Positions 18,390 to 29,716 of a stretch of DNA of 64,000 nt are shown one piece after another. A program made the position numbers and the translations under genes. Below the pieces are notes generated by a model. The model was given only the letters and a program-made list of their open reading frames with translations, did not search any database and was not told the DNA's origin. The first letter of the stretch is position 1; every line of letters begins with the position of its first letter. Source of the stretch: Bacteroidales bacterium (lineage in GTDB: Bacteria > Bacteroidota > Bacteroidia > Bacteroidales > VadinHA17); contig JARGFQ010000002.1 in assembly GCA_029210565.1 (NCBI GenBank), positions 89,246 through 153,245 on the forward strand. The letters run 5' to 3'.

Positions 18390-21200
18390 GTGAAAACTAT
18401 GAAGAATCTTTCCAGAGCATTAATGATCCTGGCTCTTATTTCCATGACCTCCTGCCAGAATAAAACAGGAGATGCGTTGAACCTTCCGTTTGAAAAGTAC
18501 CAGCTTGAAAACGGACTCAGTGTCATCCTGCATCAGGATAGGTCAGATCCCATCGTGTCAGTGGCGATTTACTACCATGTCGGTTCCAACCGTGAGGTTC
18601 CGGGCCGCACAGGCTTTGCTCATCTCTTTGAGCATATGATGTTCCAGCAAAGTGAGAATGTCCCTGAAGATCAGTATTTCAGGCTGATACAGAGTGCCGG
18701 CGGAACACTGAACGGATCCACCAATCAGGACCGCACCAACTATTACGAGACGGTACCGAAAAACGCCCTCGAGTTGGTCCTATGGCTGGAGTCAGACCGC
18801 ATGGGGTATCTTGCAAACACCATCACACAGCAGGCTTTTGCCATTCAGCAGAATGTCGTTCAGAATGAAAAACGCCAGAACTACGACAACAGGCCATATG
18901 GTCATTCATCAACCGTCATGGCCAGGGCCCTGTTCCCGGAAGGCCATCCCTACAGCTGGACCACCATCGGGGAGATGAAAGACCTGTTCAACGCCACGGT
19001 GGAGGATGTGAAGGAGTTCCACGGCCGCTTCTACATACCAAATAATGCAACCCTTTCCATTGCCGGCGACTTCGAAACTGAAGAGGTGAAAGCACTGGTT
19101 CGGAAATACTTTGGTGAAATACCCGCAGGGGCTGAAGTGGAGAAGCTGAAGCCGATGCCCGTGACACTGGCAGAGACGAAGAAACTCTATCATGAAGACA
19201 ACTTCGCCAACACTGCACAGTACACCATGGCATTCCCCTCTGCCGAGATGTATAATCCTGATGCCTACGCCCTGACCATCCTGAGTGACATCCTTGCCGG
19301 TGGCAAGAAGTCGCCCATGTACAATGTGCTCGTTAAAGAGAAAAAGCTCACCTCCAATGTGGGTGCCTACAACAGGGCACAGCTGCTTGCCGGTACCTTC
19401 CAGATCTTTGTCAATGCCAACCCGGGCGTATCTCTGACAGAAGTAGAGAATGCTATCTTTGAAGCTTTTGAACGTTTTGAGTCCGAGGGTTTCACCGAGA
19501 AGGATCTTGAGAAGGTTAAAGCCGGCCAGGAGACCCGTTTCTATAACATGATAAGCAGTGTTGACGGTAAATCGAAGCAGCTTGCAGAATATAACATGTA
19601 CGCCGGTGACCCGGGATTTTACAAAAAGGATATGGAGGCAATGAAGGCCGTCACCATGGACGATGTGCAGCGGGTATATGAAAAATATATCAAAAGCAGG
19701 AATTATGTAGCCACCAGTTTCGTGCCCAGGAGCAAGGTTGAGCTTGCAGCCGAGGGATCAGTTGATGCCGGCATAGAAGAGGAGAACATACTTACTGCCA
19801 TCGAGGTAAAGATAGAGGAAGGTGCTGCTGAAGAGATTCAGAAGACACCGACCTCTTTTGACCGCTCCGTACAACCTCCCTTGGGTCCTGATGTGTCGGT
19901 TACCGTACCGACCGTCTGGAGGTCTTCGCTGGCAAACGGCATGCAGCTGTTCGGCATTGAGCATTCCGAGGTGCCTCTTGTTCAGTACAATATTGTAATC
20001 GAGGGAGGCCACATGCTTGATGGTATCAGTGCACCTGGTGTGGCCAACATGCTGGCGATGATGCTCAATGAGGGAACGAAGAACAAAACCCCCGTGGAGC
20101 TGGAGGAGGAGATCGACCTTCTGGGCGCGATGATAAGAGTATCAGCGAATGATGAATCTATAACTGTAAGTGTCAACACCCTTACACGCAATTTTGAGAA
20201 GACTCTCGCCATTGTTGAGGAGATGCTTCTGGAACCCCGGTGGGATTCGCTTGCCTTTGAGATTTCCCGTACACGGGTTCTGAACAATCTGCGGCGCAGC
20301 TCCATTGATCCCACATACCTTGGCTCGAGGGCTCTCGCCCGGCTTACTCTCGGTGAAGGCAATATCTTTGCCACCGATGTTTCTGGCACGGTTGAGAGTG
20401 TTCAGTCGATGACCATGGAGGATCTCAAGGCATTCTATGAGAAGAACATTTCACCCTCGGTAGCAAGGTTCCTGGTTGTGGGTTCGGTTGACCAGGCAGG
20501 CGTGGAGAAGGCTCTTGCCAGGCTCGGGACCAACTGGAGTGCCAAAGAGGTGCAGATACCCGAGATCACCTACGCACAGGCACCTGACAAGGCAGGGGTA
20601 TATTTCGTGGATGTGCCCGGCGCAAAGCAGTCCAATATCTACATAGGAGCTCCCGCTATCCCCCGCAGTCACCCCGACTACTACCCGGCCTATGTTGCCA
20701 ACTACAAGCTTGGCGGCTCATTCAACGGATATGTAAACCTTGTTCTCAGGGAGGAGAAAGGCTACACCTACGGTGCCAGAACAAGTTTCAATGCACAGAA
20801 GCATTACGGAACCTTTGTTGCCAGTTCGGCCGTACGTTCAACAGCCACCCTTGAGTCGGCAGAGATCTTCCGTGACCTGATGAAGCAGTACAGGGAGGGT
20901 GTATCGCAGGGCGACATTGACTTCACGAAGGATGCCCTGCTCAAGGGCAATGCCCTGAGGTTCGAGACCCACAGGGCGCTGCTGGGAATGCTCGGAACCA
21001 TGAGTGAACACGGACTGCCGGACGACTATATTGCCCGTGAAGAGGATTATGTCAGGAAAGTTACTGTTGATGATGTAAATGCCACGGTGCAGAAATATAT
21101 TGACCCGATGAAGATGTATTATGTTGTTGCCGGCGATGCCGCAACTCAGCTAAAAGAGCTTAAGAAACTTGGCTTCGGAGAACCGGTGTTAATCAAATAA
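18390..21200 (+). CDS. M16 zinc protease lipoprotein (PqqL-like, four-domain)
   Basis: Lipobox (MTSC), HLFEH, NGSTNQDRTNY, LREEKGYTYG. Start could be the ATG at 18399. Confidence 0.93.
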   Translation: MKTMKNLSRALMILALISMTSCQNKTGDALNLPFEKYQLENGLSVILHQDRSDPIVSVAIYYHVGSNREVPGRTGFAHLFEHMMFQQSENVPEDQYFRLIQSAGGTLNGSTNQDRTNYYETVPKNALELVLWLESDRMGYLANTITQQAFAIQQNVVQNEKRQNYDNRPYGHSSTVMARALFPEGHPYSWTTIGEMKDLFNATVEDVKEFHGRFYIPNNATLSIAGDFETEEVKALVRKYFGEIPAGAEVEKLKPMPVTLAETKKLYHEDNFANTAQYTMAFPSAEMYNPDAYALTILSDILAGGKKSPMYNVLVKEKKLTSNVGAYNRAQLLAGTFQIFVNANPGVSLTEVENAIFEAFERFESEGFTEKDLEKVKAGQETRFYNMISSVDGKSKQLAEYNMYAGDPGFYKKDMEAMKAVTMDDVQRVYEKYIKSRNYVATSFVPRSKVELAAEGSVDAGIEEENILTAIEVKIEEGAAEEIQKTPTSFDRSVQPPLGPDVSVTVPTVWRSSLANGMQLFGIEHSEVPLVQYNIVIEGGHMLDGISAPGVANMLAMMLNEGTKNKTPVELEEEIDLLGAMIRVSANDESITVSVNTLTRNFEKTLAIVEEMLLEPRWDSLAFEISRTRVLNNLRRSSIDPTYLGSRALARLTLGEGNIFATDVSGTVESVQSMTMEDLKAFYEKNISPSVARFLVVGSVDQAGVEKALARLGTNWSAKEVQIPEITYAQAPDKAGVYFVDVPGAKQSNIYIGAPAIPRSHPDYYPAYVANYKLGGSFNGYVNLVLREEKGYTYGARTSFNAQKHYGTFVASSAVRSTATLESAEIFRDLMKQYREGVSQGDIDFTKDALLKGNALRFETHRALLGMLGTMSEHGLPDDYIAREEDYVRKVTVDDVNATVQKYIDPMKMYYVVAGDAATQLKELKKLGFGEPVLIK

Positions 21201-21210
21201 ATTTCAAGAT

Positions 21211-24012
21211 ATGAAGAGAATTTCAGCATTACTGATTTTGGCTGTATTGATCCTGGCTTCAGGATGCAGCGGAAACAAGAAAAGTACACTTTCCATCCCG
21301 TATGAGAGCTACAAGCTTGGCAACGGGCTGACGGTGATACTCAATGAGGACAAGTCCGACCCCATCACCTCGCTGGTGATACTGTATCATGTGGGTTCAG
21401 GCAGGGAGGTTCCCGGCAAAACCGGGTTCGCTCATCTCTTTGAGCACATGATGTTCCAGCGTTCCGAGAACGTTGGTGAGGATCAGTTCTTCAAATATAT
21501 TCAGGGTGCCGGAGGGATGCTCAACGGTGGAACCAGCTTTGACCAGACAATTTATTTCGAGGTGGTGCCGAAGAATTCGATTGAAATGGCTATGTGGCTC
21601 GAATCGGACCGCATGGGTTTCCTTCGCAATACTGTTACCCCGCAGTCGTTTGCCCTGCAGCAGAATGTGGTGCAAAATGAAAAGCGGCAGGGAGTCGATA
21701 ACCGTCCGTATGGATTCACTGACTACGTGTTGCTTAAGAATCTTTACCCCGAGGGCCATCCGTACAGCTGGGATGTCATCGGGGAGATGGAAGATCTCGC
21801 CAATGCCACGATCGAGGATGTGAAAGAGTTCCACAAGAAGTTCTACATACCCAACAATGCCACCCTTGTCGTCTCAGGTGATTATGAGACTGATGAAATC
21901 AAGGCACTGATTGAAAAGTATTTCGGGGAGATCCCCGCTGGCGAGGAGCTTAAGGATCCGGAGCCGATGAATGTCACGCTGGCAGAGACGAGGAAACTCC
22001 ATCATGAGGATGCCTTTGCACGTGCCCCACAGTACACTATGGTCTTTCCGGTTGCGGAGCAGTTCACAAAGGATTCCTACTCACTGGATGTGCTGGCGCA
22101 GCTGCTGGGGGATGGGAAGAAGTCGCCCCTCTACAAGGTGCTTGTTAAAGAGAGGAAGCTCACCTCGAATGTAAGGGCTTACAACCAGTCGCTGGAGATT
22201 GCAGGCCAGCTTGAGATAAGCATCACCGCTAACCCCTCCACCAGTCTTGATGATGTTGAAAAGGCTGTTTTCGAGGCGTTTGAGAGGTTTGAGACCGAGA
22301 AATTCACGGAGAGGGATCTGGAGAGGATCAAGGCCGGCCTGGAGACCAATTTCTACTCCATGCTGAGCAGTGTCATGTACAAGTCATTCATGCTCGCGAT
22401 GTACAGTGAGTATGCAGGTTCTCCTGACTTCCTGACCGAGGAGCTGGAGATGATGCAGAACGTTACCATGGATGATGTATGGGATGTCTATGGGCGTTAC
22501 ATTGAGGGTAAAAACTATGTCGCGACCAGCTTCGTGCCAAAAGGTCAGCTTGACCTTGTTGCTGAGGGTTCTGTCGATGCCGGGGTGGTTGAGGAGGATG
22601 TCACGCAGGCTACCAAGATGGAGGTTGCTGCCGGCGGTGAGGAGATCATTGAGAAGACCCCGGGCAGCTTCGACCGTTCGGTGGCACCGGCGCCCGGACC
22701 CGATCCTCTGCTGACTCTTCCGGAGGTATGGCAGGCAGAGGCTCTCAACGGGATGAAGATATACGGTATTGAACAGCATGAGCTGCCACTGGTGACTTAT
22801 TCGATTGTCATACAGGGCGGTCATATGCTTGATGATATGAGCAAGCCAGGCGTGGCAAGGTTTACCGCCCAGATGCTTAATGAGGGCACTGCTACCAAAA
22901 CCCCGGAGGAGCTTGAGGAGGAGATAAAGTTGCTGGGTGCAAGTATCAATGTAAGGGGAGGACAGGAAAACATCACGGTGTATGTCAGCGCACTGGCACG
23001 CAACTTTGAAAAGACACTGGCCCTGGTTGAGGAGATGCTTCTGGAGCCGCGCTGGGATGAAGAGCAGTTTTCGATCAACAAGACCCGCACTGTCAACGCA
23101 CTCAAGCGCAATATGGCTGAGCCCAACTACCTGGCCAGCATGACCTTCAACAGGCTGACCCTTGGAGAAGAGAACATCATGTCCGTTGACAACAGCGGAA
23201 CAGTTGAGAGTGTGGAGGCAATCACCATGGATGATCTGAAGGCTTTCTACGAAAAGAATCTATCCCCCTCTGTGGCGAACTTTCATATAGTGGGTGATGT
23301 TGACCAGGAGAGGGTTGAGCAGGCTTTGCAGAGTCTCAATCAGCGCTGGGAGGCCAGGGAGGTCGTCATGCCGGAGCTCTCTTTCCCGCCTGCTCCCGGG
23401 AGATCTGCCATTTATTTCGTTGATGTACCCGGGGCAAAACAGTCGGTGATAAGCATTGGCAACCTTGCCCTGACCCGTGACCATCCCGATTTCTACAAGG
23501 CTGATGTGGCCAACTATATGCTCGGTGGTACCGCCAGTGCCCGTCTATTTATGGTCCTCAGAGAGGAGAAGGGGTTCACCTACGGAGCCTACTCCAACTT
23601 CAACGGCATGAAGAGCTACGGCACCTTCAGGGCATACGCCTCGGTACGTACTGATGCCACACTGGAGTCGGTGGAGCTCTTCAGGGATATCATGAAGGAG
23701 TACCGTGCCGGCGTCCCTCAGGAGACTGTTGATTTCACGAAAGGCTCGCTGCTCAAGGCTAATGCTTTGCGCTTCGAGACCAACGACAGCAAGCTGGGTA
23801 TGCTCAGTACGATGACTACTTACGGTCTGCCGGCTGATTATGTCAGGCAGGAGGAGAGTTACCTCATGGGGTTGACGAAGGAGCAGATGGACGAGACCGT
23901 TCAGAAGTACATTGATCCGATGAGAATGAATTATGTGGTGGTAGGTGATGCTGCGACACAGCTGAAGGAGTTGAAGAAGGTAGGGTTCGGAGAGCCGATT
24001 GAGGTAAAATAA
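21211..24012 (+). CDS. M16 zinc protease lipoprotein, tandem paralogue
   Basis: Lipobox (ASGC), [15 protein letters not shown]. Colinear with the upstream gene. Confidence 0.93.
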   Translation: MKRISALLILAVLILASGCSGNKKSTLSIPYESYKLGNGLTVILNEDKSDPITSLVILYHVGSGREVPGKTGFAHLFEHMMFQRSENVGEDQFFKYIQGAGGMLNGGTSFDQTIYFEVVPKNSIEMAMWLESDRMGFLRNTVTPQSFALQQNVVQNEKRQGVDNRPYGFTDYVLLKNLYPEGHPYSWDVIGEMEDLANATIEDVKEFHKKFYIPNNATLVVSGDYETDEIKALIEKYFGEIPAGEELKDPEPMNVTLAETRKLHHEDAFARAPQYTMVFPVAEQFTKDSYSLDVLAQLLGDGKKSPLYKVLVKERKLTSNVRAYNQSLEIAGQLEISITANPSTSLDDVEKAVFEAFERFETEKFTERDLERIKAGLETNFYSMLSSVMYKSFMLAMYSEYAGSPDFLTEELEMMQNVTMDDVWDVYGRYIEGKNYVATSFVPKGQLDLVAEGSVDAGVVEEDVTQATKMEVAAGGEEIIEKTPGSFDRSVAPAPGPDPLLTLPEVWQAEALNGMKIYGIEQHELPLVTYSIVIQGGHMLDDMSKPGVARFTAQMLNEGTATKTPEELEEEIKLLGASINVRGGQENITVYVSALARNFEKTLALVEEMLLEPRWDEEQFSINKTRTVNALKRNMAEPNYLASMTFNRLTLGEENIMSVDNSGTVESVEAITMDDLKAFYEKNLSPSVANFHIVGDVDQERVEQALQSLNQRWEAREVVMPELSFPPAPGRSAIYFVDVPGAKQSVISIGNLALTRDHPDFYKADVANYMLGGTASARLFMVLREEKGFTYGAYSNFNGMKSYGTFRAYASVRTDATLESVELFRDIMKEYRAGVPQETVDFTKGSLLKANALRFETNDSKLGMLSTMTTYGLPADYVRQEESYLMGLTKEQMDETVQKYIDPMRMNYVVVGDAATQLKELKKVGFGEPIEVK

Positions 24013-24063
24013 AAACAATTGCACCATCCGGAGCAGAAAAGTGATATTTTTGCAAAGTCAAAT

Positions 24064-24147
24064 GCCCGGATGGTGGAATGGTAGACACGAAGGACTTAAA
24101 ATCCTTTGGCCATAGCGGCTGTGGGGGTTCAAGTCCCCCTCCGGGTA
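24064..24147 (+). tRNA. tRNA-Leu (TAA)
   Basis: GCCCGGA/TCCGGGT acceptor stem, anticodon loop CTTAAAA, long variable arm, T-loop TTCAAGT. Confidence 0.96.
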
Positions 24148-24149
24148 CC

Positions 24150-24500
24150 CAGAGGCACAAGAGGTCAAAATCGACCTCTTGTTTCTTTTTATGACATTCT
24201 GAAAACCTCACTAATTCTTAGGATGAGATGTATGGGTTCCGTAAGGATGGGTTCTGTTACTTTCCCATTAACCGCAATAAGCTTTTCAGCAAAAATGGTA
24301 TTAAGTATTCTCTTCTAGGTAGCACCGTCTGACTTCCTGTAATATTCCAGAAGGTTCTCCAACATTGGGACTTCCTTCTGAATATTACTCCTGGACGATG
24401 ATACTGCTTGTTGCAGTTCAGTGAGATTGTCTCTGACTGAGACAATCTCTTTATCTACCCTCCCCTTCATATCCTGATAATCCCGGTGTGTAATTCCCAA
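24150..24500 (-). pseudogene. C-terminal remnant of a tRNA-targeting recombinase-family gene
   Basis: Reads ...LLEYYRKSDGAT*KRILNTIFAEKLI..., then frameshifts to KKKQEVDFDLLCLWVPGGGLEP running into the tRNA. Resembles, from memory, the tails of Bacteroidota large serine recombinases. No N-terminal part present. Confidence 0.6.
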
Positions 24501-24631
24501 TGTCAGGAATAAAAAAAATAGCGTCGGAGCCCGTTATTATTAAAAATATAATTTATGTTTGCCTATGGTCTGAAAAATTCTTTACCTTAAGGGAATCAAA
24601 AATGTTTTTGTTTTAATCTTGACAATAGAAA

Positions 24632-25525
24632 ATGTTTAACGTAGCTTCCAGGTCAGATTGTGCATTTGATATTAATAAGAAATTATTCCTTACATATTTA
24701 GTCAAAAACGGTGGTCCTGAACTTCGTGATTATGAAGAATTTGTTTTCATTGTCAATACTTTGGATCCAAAACATCTGCATGAGTTCAGGGAAGTAATAA
24801 ACCCAATACTCAACGTCAATACTTTGATTGGCCGGAGTTACACAAAACCATTTGGGTATCCGGGAGATTTTTATTTAATCGATCATATTTATTCTAACCA
24901 TGTTAATGTAGATAAAAAATATCGTAACTGGGATATTTTTTATCAGAATCAGGCCGGAACAATGGCTGTGAGAAACCGTAAAGATTATTTCATTAATCAA
25001 TGCCTAAATCTTGCTCTTAAAAAACATGGTGAAAAAAGGGTACTGATACTCGGTTCAGGACCGGCAACAGACGTAAATGAATTTCTAAACATATATACCG
25101 GAAACGATATCAGGTTTGACCTTGTGGATTTTGACCAGAATGCTATTGATTATTCGTCAAATAAGAATAAAAAATTTGAAAAATTGATTTCCTATTACAA
25201 GGTCAATGTTTTAAGGTTTGAGCCTTATATGAGGTATGACCTTATCTGGAGTGCCGGATTATTTGATTATTTCAGGGATAAGCACTTTGTTTTCCTGGTA
25301 AAAAAATACCTCAATTACCTGGCAGAAGGAGGTGAACTTGTAATTGGCAATTTCAGCACTGAAAATCCATCACAAATCCTTATGGAGGTGGTATCTGAAT
25401 GGTACCTTAACTACAGAAGCAGAGAGGATCTGTTAAAGATTGCGGGAGATGCAGGCCTCCTGAACGGGAAAGTTTTTGTTGATGCCGAAGCCCTTGGTGT
25501 AAATCTTTTCCTTAATATTCAGTGA
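24632..25525 (+). CDS. Class I SAM-dependent methyltransferase, PhcB-like
   Basis: KPFGYPGDF N-terminal signature, AVRNR, motif I VLILGSGPA, acidic FDLVDFD, YDLIWSAGLFDY, GGELVIGNF, EWYLNYRS. Confidence 0.75.
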   Translation: MFNVASRSDCAFDINKKLFLTYLVKNGGPELRDYEEFVFIVNTLDPKHLHEFREVINPILNVNTLIGRSYTKPFGYPGDFYLIDHIYSNHVNVDKKYRNWDIFYQNQAGTMAVRNRKDYFINQCLNLALKKHGEKRVLILGSGPATDVNEFLNIYTGNDIRFDLVDFDQNAIDYSSNKNKKFEKLISYYKVNVLRFEPYMRYDLIWSAGLFDYFRDKHFVFLVKKYLNYLAEGGELVIGNFSTENPSQILMEVVSEWYLNYRSREDLLKIAGDAGLLNGKVFVDAEALGVNLFLNIQ

Positions 25526-25863
25526 AACTGAAAATAAATTTTTGTTGCAGTGACAAAATTACTGCTATCTAAGACATGCAAGGCACTTGATTCCAGCAAG
25601 TAACGAATCTCAGGCGCTAATTACCTTCCTGTTTGTCGACCTTCCTTCAAATACTCTGTGAGCAAAACATCTTTAGGTTGAGTTAAGGTATATTTGCCTT
25701 GATCCATGTATAAAGCTTTTGTCCAAACAGAAATCCAACTCAATTCAATCGTTACTATAGAAAAAAATATTGAAAATGCTGTTATCCCATAATTTTTTAA
25801 AAGCAATTGATAAAATCTAATCCCCACTTCTGACGTTTATTAATAAATCGATAGTCAGAAAGG

Positions 25864-27828
25864 ATGAATATTTTTAAAAATACGCTTATTAATTCTCTGG
25901 GATTGAGTCGGGAAAGCTCGGAGTCAATGACTTTTAACAAGCTAACCCTTTCATTTACAGGATATTTGTCGAATTATGAATCTGAATTTCTTAATGACTA
26001 CTACGTCAAGGCTTTGAACCCATTCAGGTTTGCACTGATCCTGGCGATGATCTTTTATGGTGCGTTTGCACTTCTTGATGCCGCCACGGTACCGGAACTG
26101 AAAAAAATATTCTGGCTTATAAGGTTCGCTGTTGTATTACCGGGTTTGTTATCAGTATTTGCTTTTACGTATTTCAAAACGTTCAGGAAATATATGCAAT
26201 TGTCGATATCAAGCGTCATGTTCATTACCGGATTCGGGATTATAGTAATGATAATTCTTGGTGCCAGGGTATCTAACTATTCATATTATGCCGGCCTTAT
26301 ACTGATCTTCATTTTTGGATATACATTTGCTAAAGCGCGGTTTATTTATGCATCGTTAGCGGGCTGGCTGATTGTTATTGCTTACGAGATCTCAGCTATA
26401 TGGATCTCAGACACACCTATCACAATTTTGATCAATAACAATTTCTTCTTTATCAGTTCAAATATTATCGGAATGCTCATAGGGTATTCCCTGGAACTAT
26501 CCTCTCGCAGGGATTTTTATATGAGAAAACTCCTTGAACTGGAACAGGACAAAGTCATAACAGCCAACAGCACCCTGGAAAAAAGAGTAATTGAAAGGAC
26601 ACGACAACTGACAGATACCAATTTAAAACTGAAGAAAGAGATTGAGGTTCGCAAAAGATCCGAAAAGCAGAGAAGCGAACTGGAAACTCAGCTTTTTCAA
26701 CTCAAAAAAATTGAGACCATCGGAACGCTGGCAGGGGGTATAGCGCATGACTTTAATAATATTCTGACACCGATTTTGGGTTACACAGATATGGCCCTGG
26801 AGGAAATTCATGAGGATAGCACACTGCGGTTCGATTTGGAACAGATAAATAATGCAGCTGTAAGAGGAAAAGACCTGGTCCAGCAAATCCTGACATTCAG
26901 CCGGGAAGTAAACGTGGAGAAGAAGCCTGTTAAAATTAACCAGATAGTGGTCGAAGTAATAAACCTTATCAAGGCATCCCTCCCTCACGCAATTGAGATA
27001 AGAAAAAGTATTGATTCGGGAGTAGGGATAATTCTTGCAGATCCGGTTCATATACACCAGATTATCATGAATTTATGTACAAATGCCATCCATGCGATGA
27101 AAAACAGGGGAGGCATCCTTGACATAAAGGTCGATAGTGTACTTGTAGATCAGAAAACGACGAAGAAAATTAACAATCTTAAGATTGGGATTTATGTAAG
27201 AATCAGACTATCAGATACTGGTCATGGGATGGACAGACGAACAAAGGAAAGGATTTTTGAACCATTCTTTACCAGAAAAGAAGTGGGTTCAGGAACAGGG
27301 CTAGGTCTTTCTGTTGTGCATGGTATAGTCAGCAATTATAATGGGGCAATAACTGTAGACAGCACTCCGGGGAAAGGTACATTATTCACTGTTTATCTTC
27401 CATACAACATTTCAGATCCCGTAAATGAAATCAAATCTTTGGATCAGCTTCCAAGGGGAGTCGAACACATCCTGTTTGTCGACGATGAACAGGACATAAC
27501 TTTTATGGGCAAAAAGATGCTGGAAAATCTCGGGTATAAAGTCACCACCAGGACCAACACAAGTGAAGCATTTGAGGAATTTAAAAGAAACCCCGGGAAA
27601 TATTCATTACTTGTAACAGATCAGACAATGCCCAAAATGCTGGGAACCGAACTTGCCGAAAAAATGAGGAAAATAAATCCCGATCTGAAAGTCATTATAA
27701 TAACCGGATACATCGGCAAATTATCCGATGCGACAAAGTCAAAAACCGGTTCTTATGAAATGCTCCTGAAACCTATCAAATTGAGCGAGTTCAGCAAGGT
27801 TATCAGAAAAGTCCTGGATGAAAACTAA
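25864..27828 (+). CDS. Hybrid sensor histidine kinase (about 6 TM sensor, HisKA, HATPase, REC)
   Basis: Multi-TM N-terminus with YYAGL, H-box AGGIAHDFNN, N-box NLCTNA, DTGHGM, GTGLGLS, receiver LFVDDE...TDQTMP...KP. Confidence 0.93.
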   Translation: MNIFKNTLINSLGLSRESSESMTFNKLTLSFTGYLSNYESEFLNDYYVKALNPFRFALILAMIFYGAFALLDAATVPELKKIFWLIRFAVVLPGLLSVFAFTYFKTFRKYMQLSISSVMFITGFGIIVMIILGARVSNYSYYAGLILIFIFGYTFAKARFIYASLAGWLIVIAYEISAIWISDTPITILINNNFFFISSNIIGMLIGYSLELSSRRDFYMRKLLELEQDKVITANSTLEKRVIERTRQLTDTNLKLKKEIEVRKRSEKQRSELETQLFQLKKIETIGTLAGGIAHDFNNILTPILGYTDMALEEIHEDSTLRFDLEQINNAAVRGKDLVQQILTFSREVNVEKKPVKINQIVVEVINLIKASLPHAIEIRKSIDSGVGIILADPVHIHQIIMNLCTNAIHAMKNRGGILDIKVDSVLVDQKTTKKINNLKIGIYVRIRLSDTGHGMDRRTKERIFEPFFTRKEVGSGTGLGLSVVHGIVSNYNGAITVDSTPGKGTLFTVYLPYNISDPVNEIKSLDQLPRGVEHILFVDDEQDITFMGKKMLENLGYKVTTRTNTSEAFEEFKRNPGKYSLLVTDQTMPKMLGTELAEKMRKINPDLKVIIITGYIGKLSDATKSKTGSYEMLLKPIKLSEFSKVIRKVLDEN

Positions 27829-27839
27829 TCACTTTAGCT

Positions 27840-28214
27840 ATGGCGAAAATTTTGATAATAGACGATGATCCTTCGATATTGACAATGCTTAAAAGGATGC
27901 TTGAAAAAGCCGGATACGAAGTTGATATTGCCAGCAACGGCAGTGAAGGTTTGGAAAAAATTGAATGCTGTCCCCCGGATCTTTTGGTAACTGATATTGT
28001 AATGCCTGAAAAAGAAGGTCTTGAACTGATTTTCTACCTGAGAAAAAATAATCCAGGATTAAAGATCGTAGCAATCTCAGGTGGTGGAAGATTTAACTAT
28101 GAGGGATATCTCACCGGTGCAAAACACCTGGGGGCTCATCTGGTCTTTCAGAAGCCGTTAGTACACAAAGAATTTGTACAGGCTATATCTGACCTTATTA
28201 ATACTAAAATGTAG
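27840..28214 (+). CDS. Single-domain response regulator (REC only)
   Basis: ILIIDDD, TDIVMPEKEG, AISGGG, QKP. No output domain. Confidence 0.93.
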   Translation: MAKILIIDDDPSILTMLKRMLEKAGYEVDIASNGSEGLEKIECCPPDLLVTDIVMPEKEGLELIFYLRKNNPGLKIVAISGGGRFNYEGYLTGAKHLGAHLVFQKPLVHKEFVQAISDLINTKM

Positions 28215-28503
28215 CGGCTTTTTTCACCTTTCATCACCGGCGGAATCCCGATCCCATCATCTTTCACATAAAAGGTAATTTTTTCATCATCCGGGGAATA
28301 CCCGAATTCAATATTCCCCGCTTCAGTGAACTTGAAGGTATTAGTTTAGAATGGTTAATTTTTACTGGCGAGAAGTGGCCTGAATCATCGGCATTTGCAG
28401 ATAGTCGATTGAACCACCTGAAAAAACAGATTAAATTTATATTTTGTAACTTACATTTTGTAACTAACAAGATGTTATATATATTTGCAGAAAGCTTAAC
28501 AGA

Positions 28504-29643
28504 ATGAATCCAAAAAAATTGCAAAATCCGTTTCCTGTATCAACCTATCAGGGTCCGGATTATTTCTGTGACCGTGAGCAGGAAACATTAAAACTGGTCA
28601 GCAATATCACTTCCGGTATGTCATCAGTCCTGGTTTCAGTGAGGAGAATCGGTAAAACAGGTCTTCTTCAGCATGTCCTTACGCGACTTCCTGACGGATT
28701 CAAAGGGATTTACATAGATATTCTGGAAACGGAAAACATGCGCCACTTTTTAAATCACCTTGGCACAGCATTGCTTCTTGCTGAGTCTGAAGAAACGGGA
28801 ACTGGCAGAAAGATCTGGGATTTTATTAAATCACTGAGGCCGGTAATAACCTTTGAAACACTTACCGGAGCTCCCCAGGCTTCATTTGACTTTAAGACAA
28901 AACAAACCGAACAGAGTATAGATTCCATCCTTTCTTTTCTTGATAGTCAATCTTTCAGGACAGTAATTGCAATTGATGAATTTCAGCAGATAGCAAACTA
29001 TCCTGAAAAAAATGCTGATGCATGGTTAAGAACCAGAATGCAGCAGCTGAAGAATACGGTTTTCATTTTCTCAGGGAGCCAGCAGCATATCATGTCAGAG
29101 CTTTTTGCTTCTCCTAAACGTCCATTCTTCAGAAGCACGACAATAATGAAGCTTGAAAAGCTCGAATTCAATGTCTACAGGGATTTTATCATCGGTCAGT
29201 TTAAACGCTACGGCAAAGATATCAGTAAGGAAGTTGCAGAGGAGATACTGCAATGGGGAGACAGGCATACTTATTATGTTCAGCTTGTCTGTAACCGGGT
29301 TTTTGCGGCTGCTTCGAAGAAAGTGACTTCAGACCTTTGGAAACAACAGGCTTATGAGTTGCTGAAAGAACAGGAAATTGTATTTTTCGGATACCGCAGT
29401 TTGCTAACCTCGAACCAGTGGCAGCTCCTGAAGGCTATCGCCCAGGAGGGGAAAGTTTTTAAACCAACATCACAGGACTTTCTCGGGCGATATGGATTAT
29501 TGAATTCAGCGTCTGTTCTGCGATCACTCCAGTCATTAATGAAGTATAAACTGGTATTCAGGGATTTCGATTCCGGGGGCACGTTATTCTATAGCATCTA
29601 CGATGTATTATTCCAAAAATGGTGTCTCATGAATAAACAATAA
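28504..29643 (+). CDS. AAA+ (archaeal-ATPase-like) ATP-binding protein with C-terminal wHTH
   Basis: NPF...YFCDREQE, Walker A RRIGKT, Walker B IAIDEFQ, FSGSQ. Preceded by two ATTTTGTAACT copies (28441-28465) and TATATTTG. Confidence 0.85.
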   Translation: MNPKKLQNPFPVSTYQGPDYFCDREQETLKLVSNITSGMSSVLVSVRRIGKTGLLQHVLTRLPDGFKGIYIDILETENMRHFLNHLGTALLLAESEETGTGRKIWDFIKSLRPVITFETLTGAPQASFDFKTKQTEQSIDSILSFLDSQSFRTVIAIDEFQQIANYPEKNADAWLRTRMQQLKNTVFIFSGSQQHIMSELFASPKRPFFRSTTIMKLEKLEFNVYRDFIIGQFKRYGKDISKEVAEEILQWGDRHTYYVQLVCNRVFAAASKKVTSDLWKQQAYELLKEQEIVFFGYRSLLTSNQWQLLKAIAQEGKVFKPTSQDFLGRYGLLNSASVLRSLQSLMKYKLVFRDFDSGGTLFYSIYDVLFQKWCLMNKQ

Positions 29644-29716
29644 GGAATACATTTAATACCCTGATCTTCTCCTGAACATTATCATTGCACATGTATCTGC
29701 CTTTAAAGACCACACC

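Noticed and set aside
25621-25827. 68-aa antisense ORF between the methyltransferase and the kinase
   Set aside because: No recognisable motif, GTG start, and it lies in the probable promoter region of the kinase. Cannot be supported.
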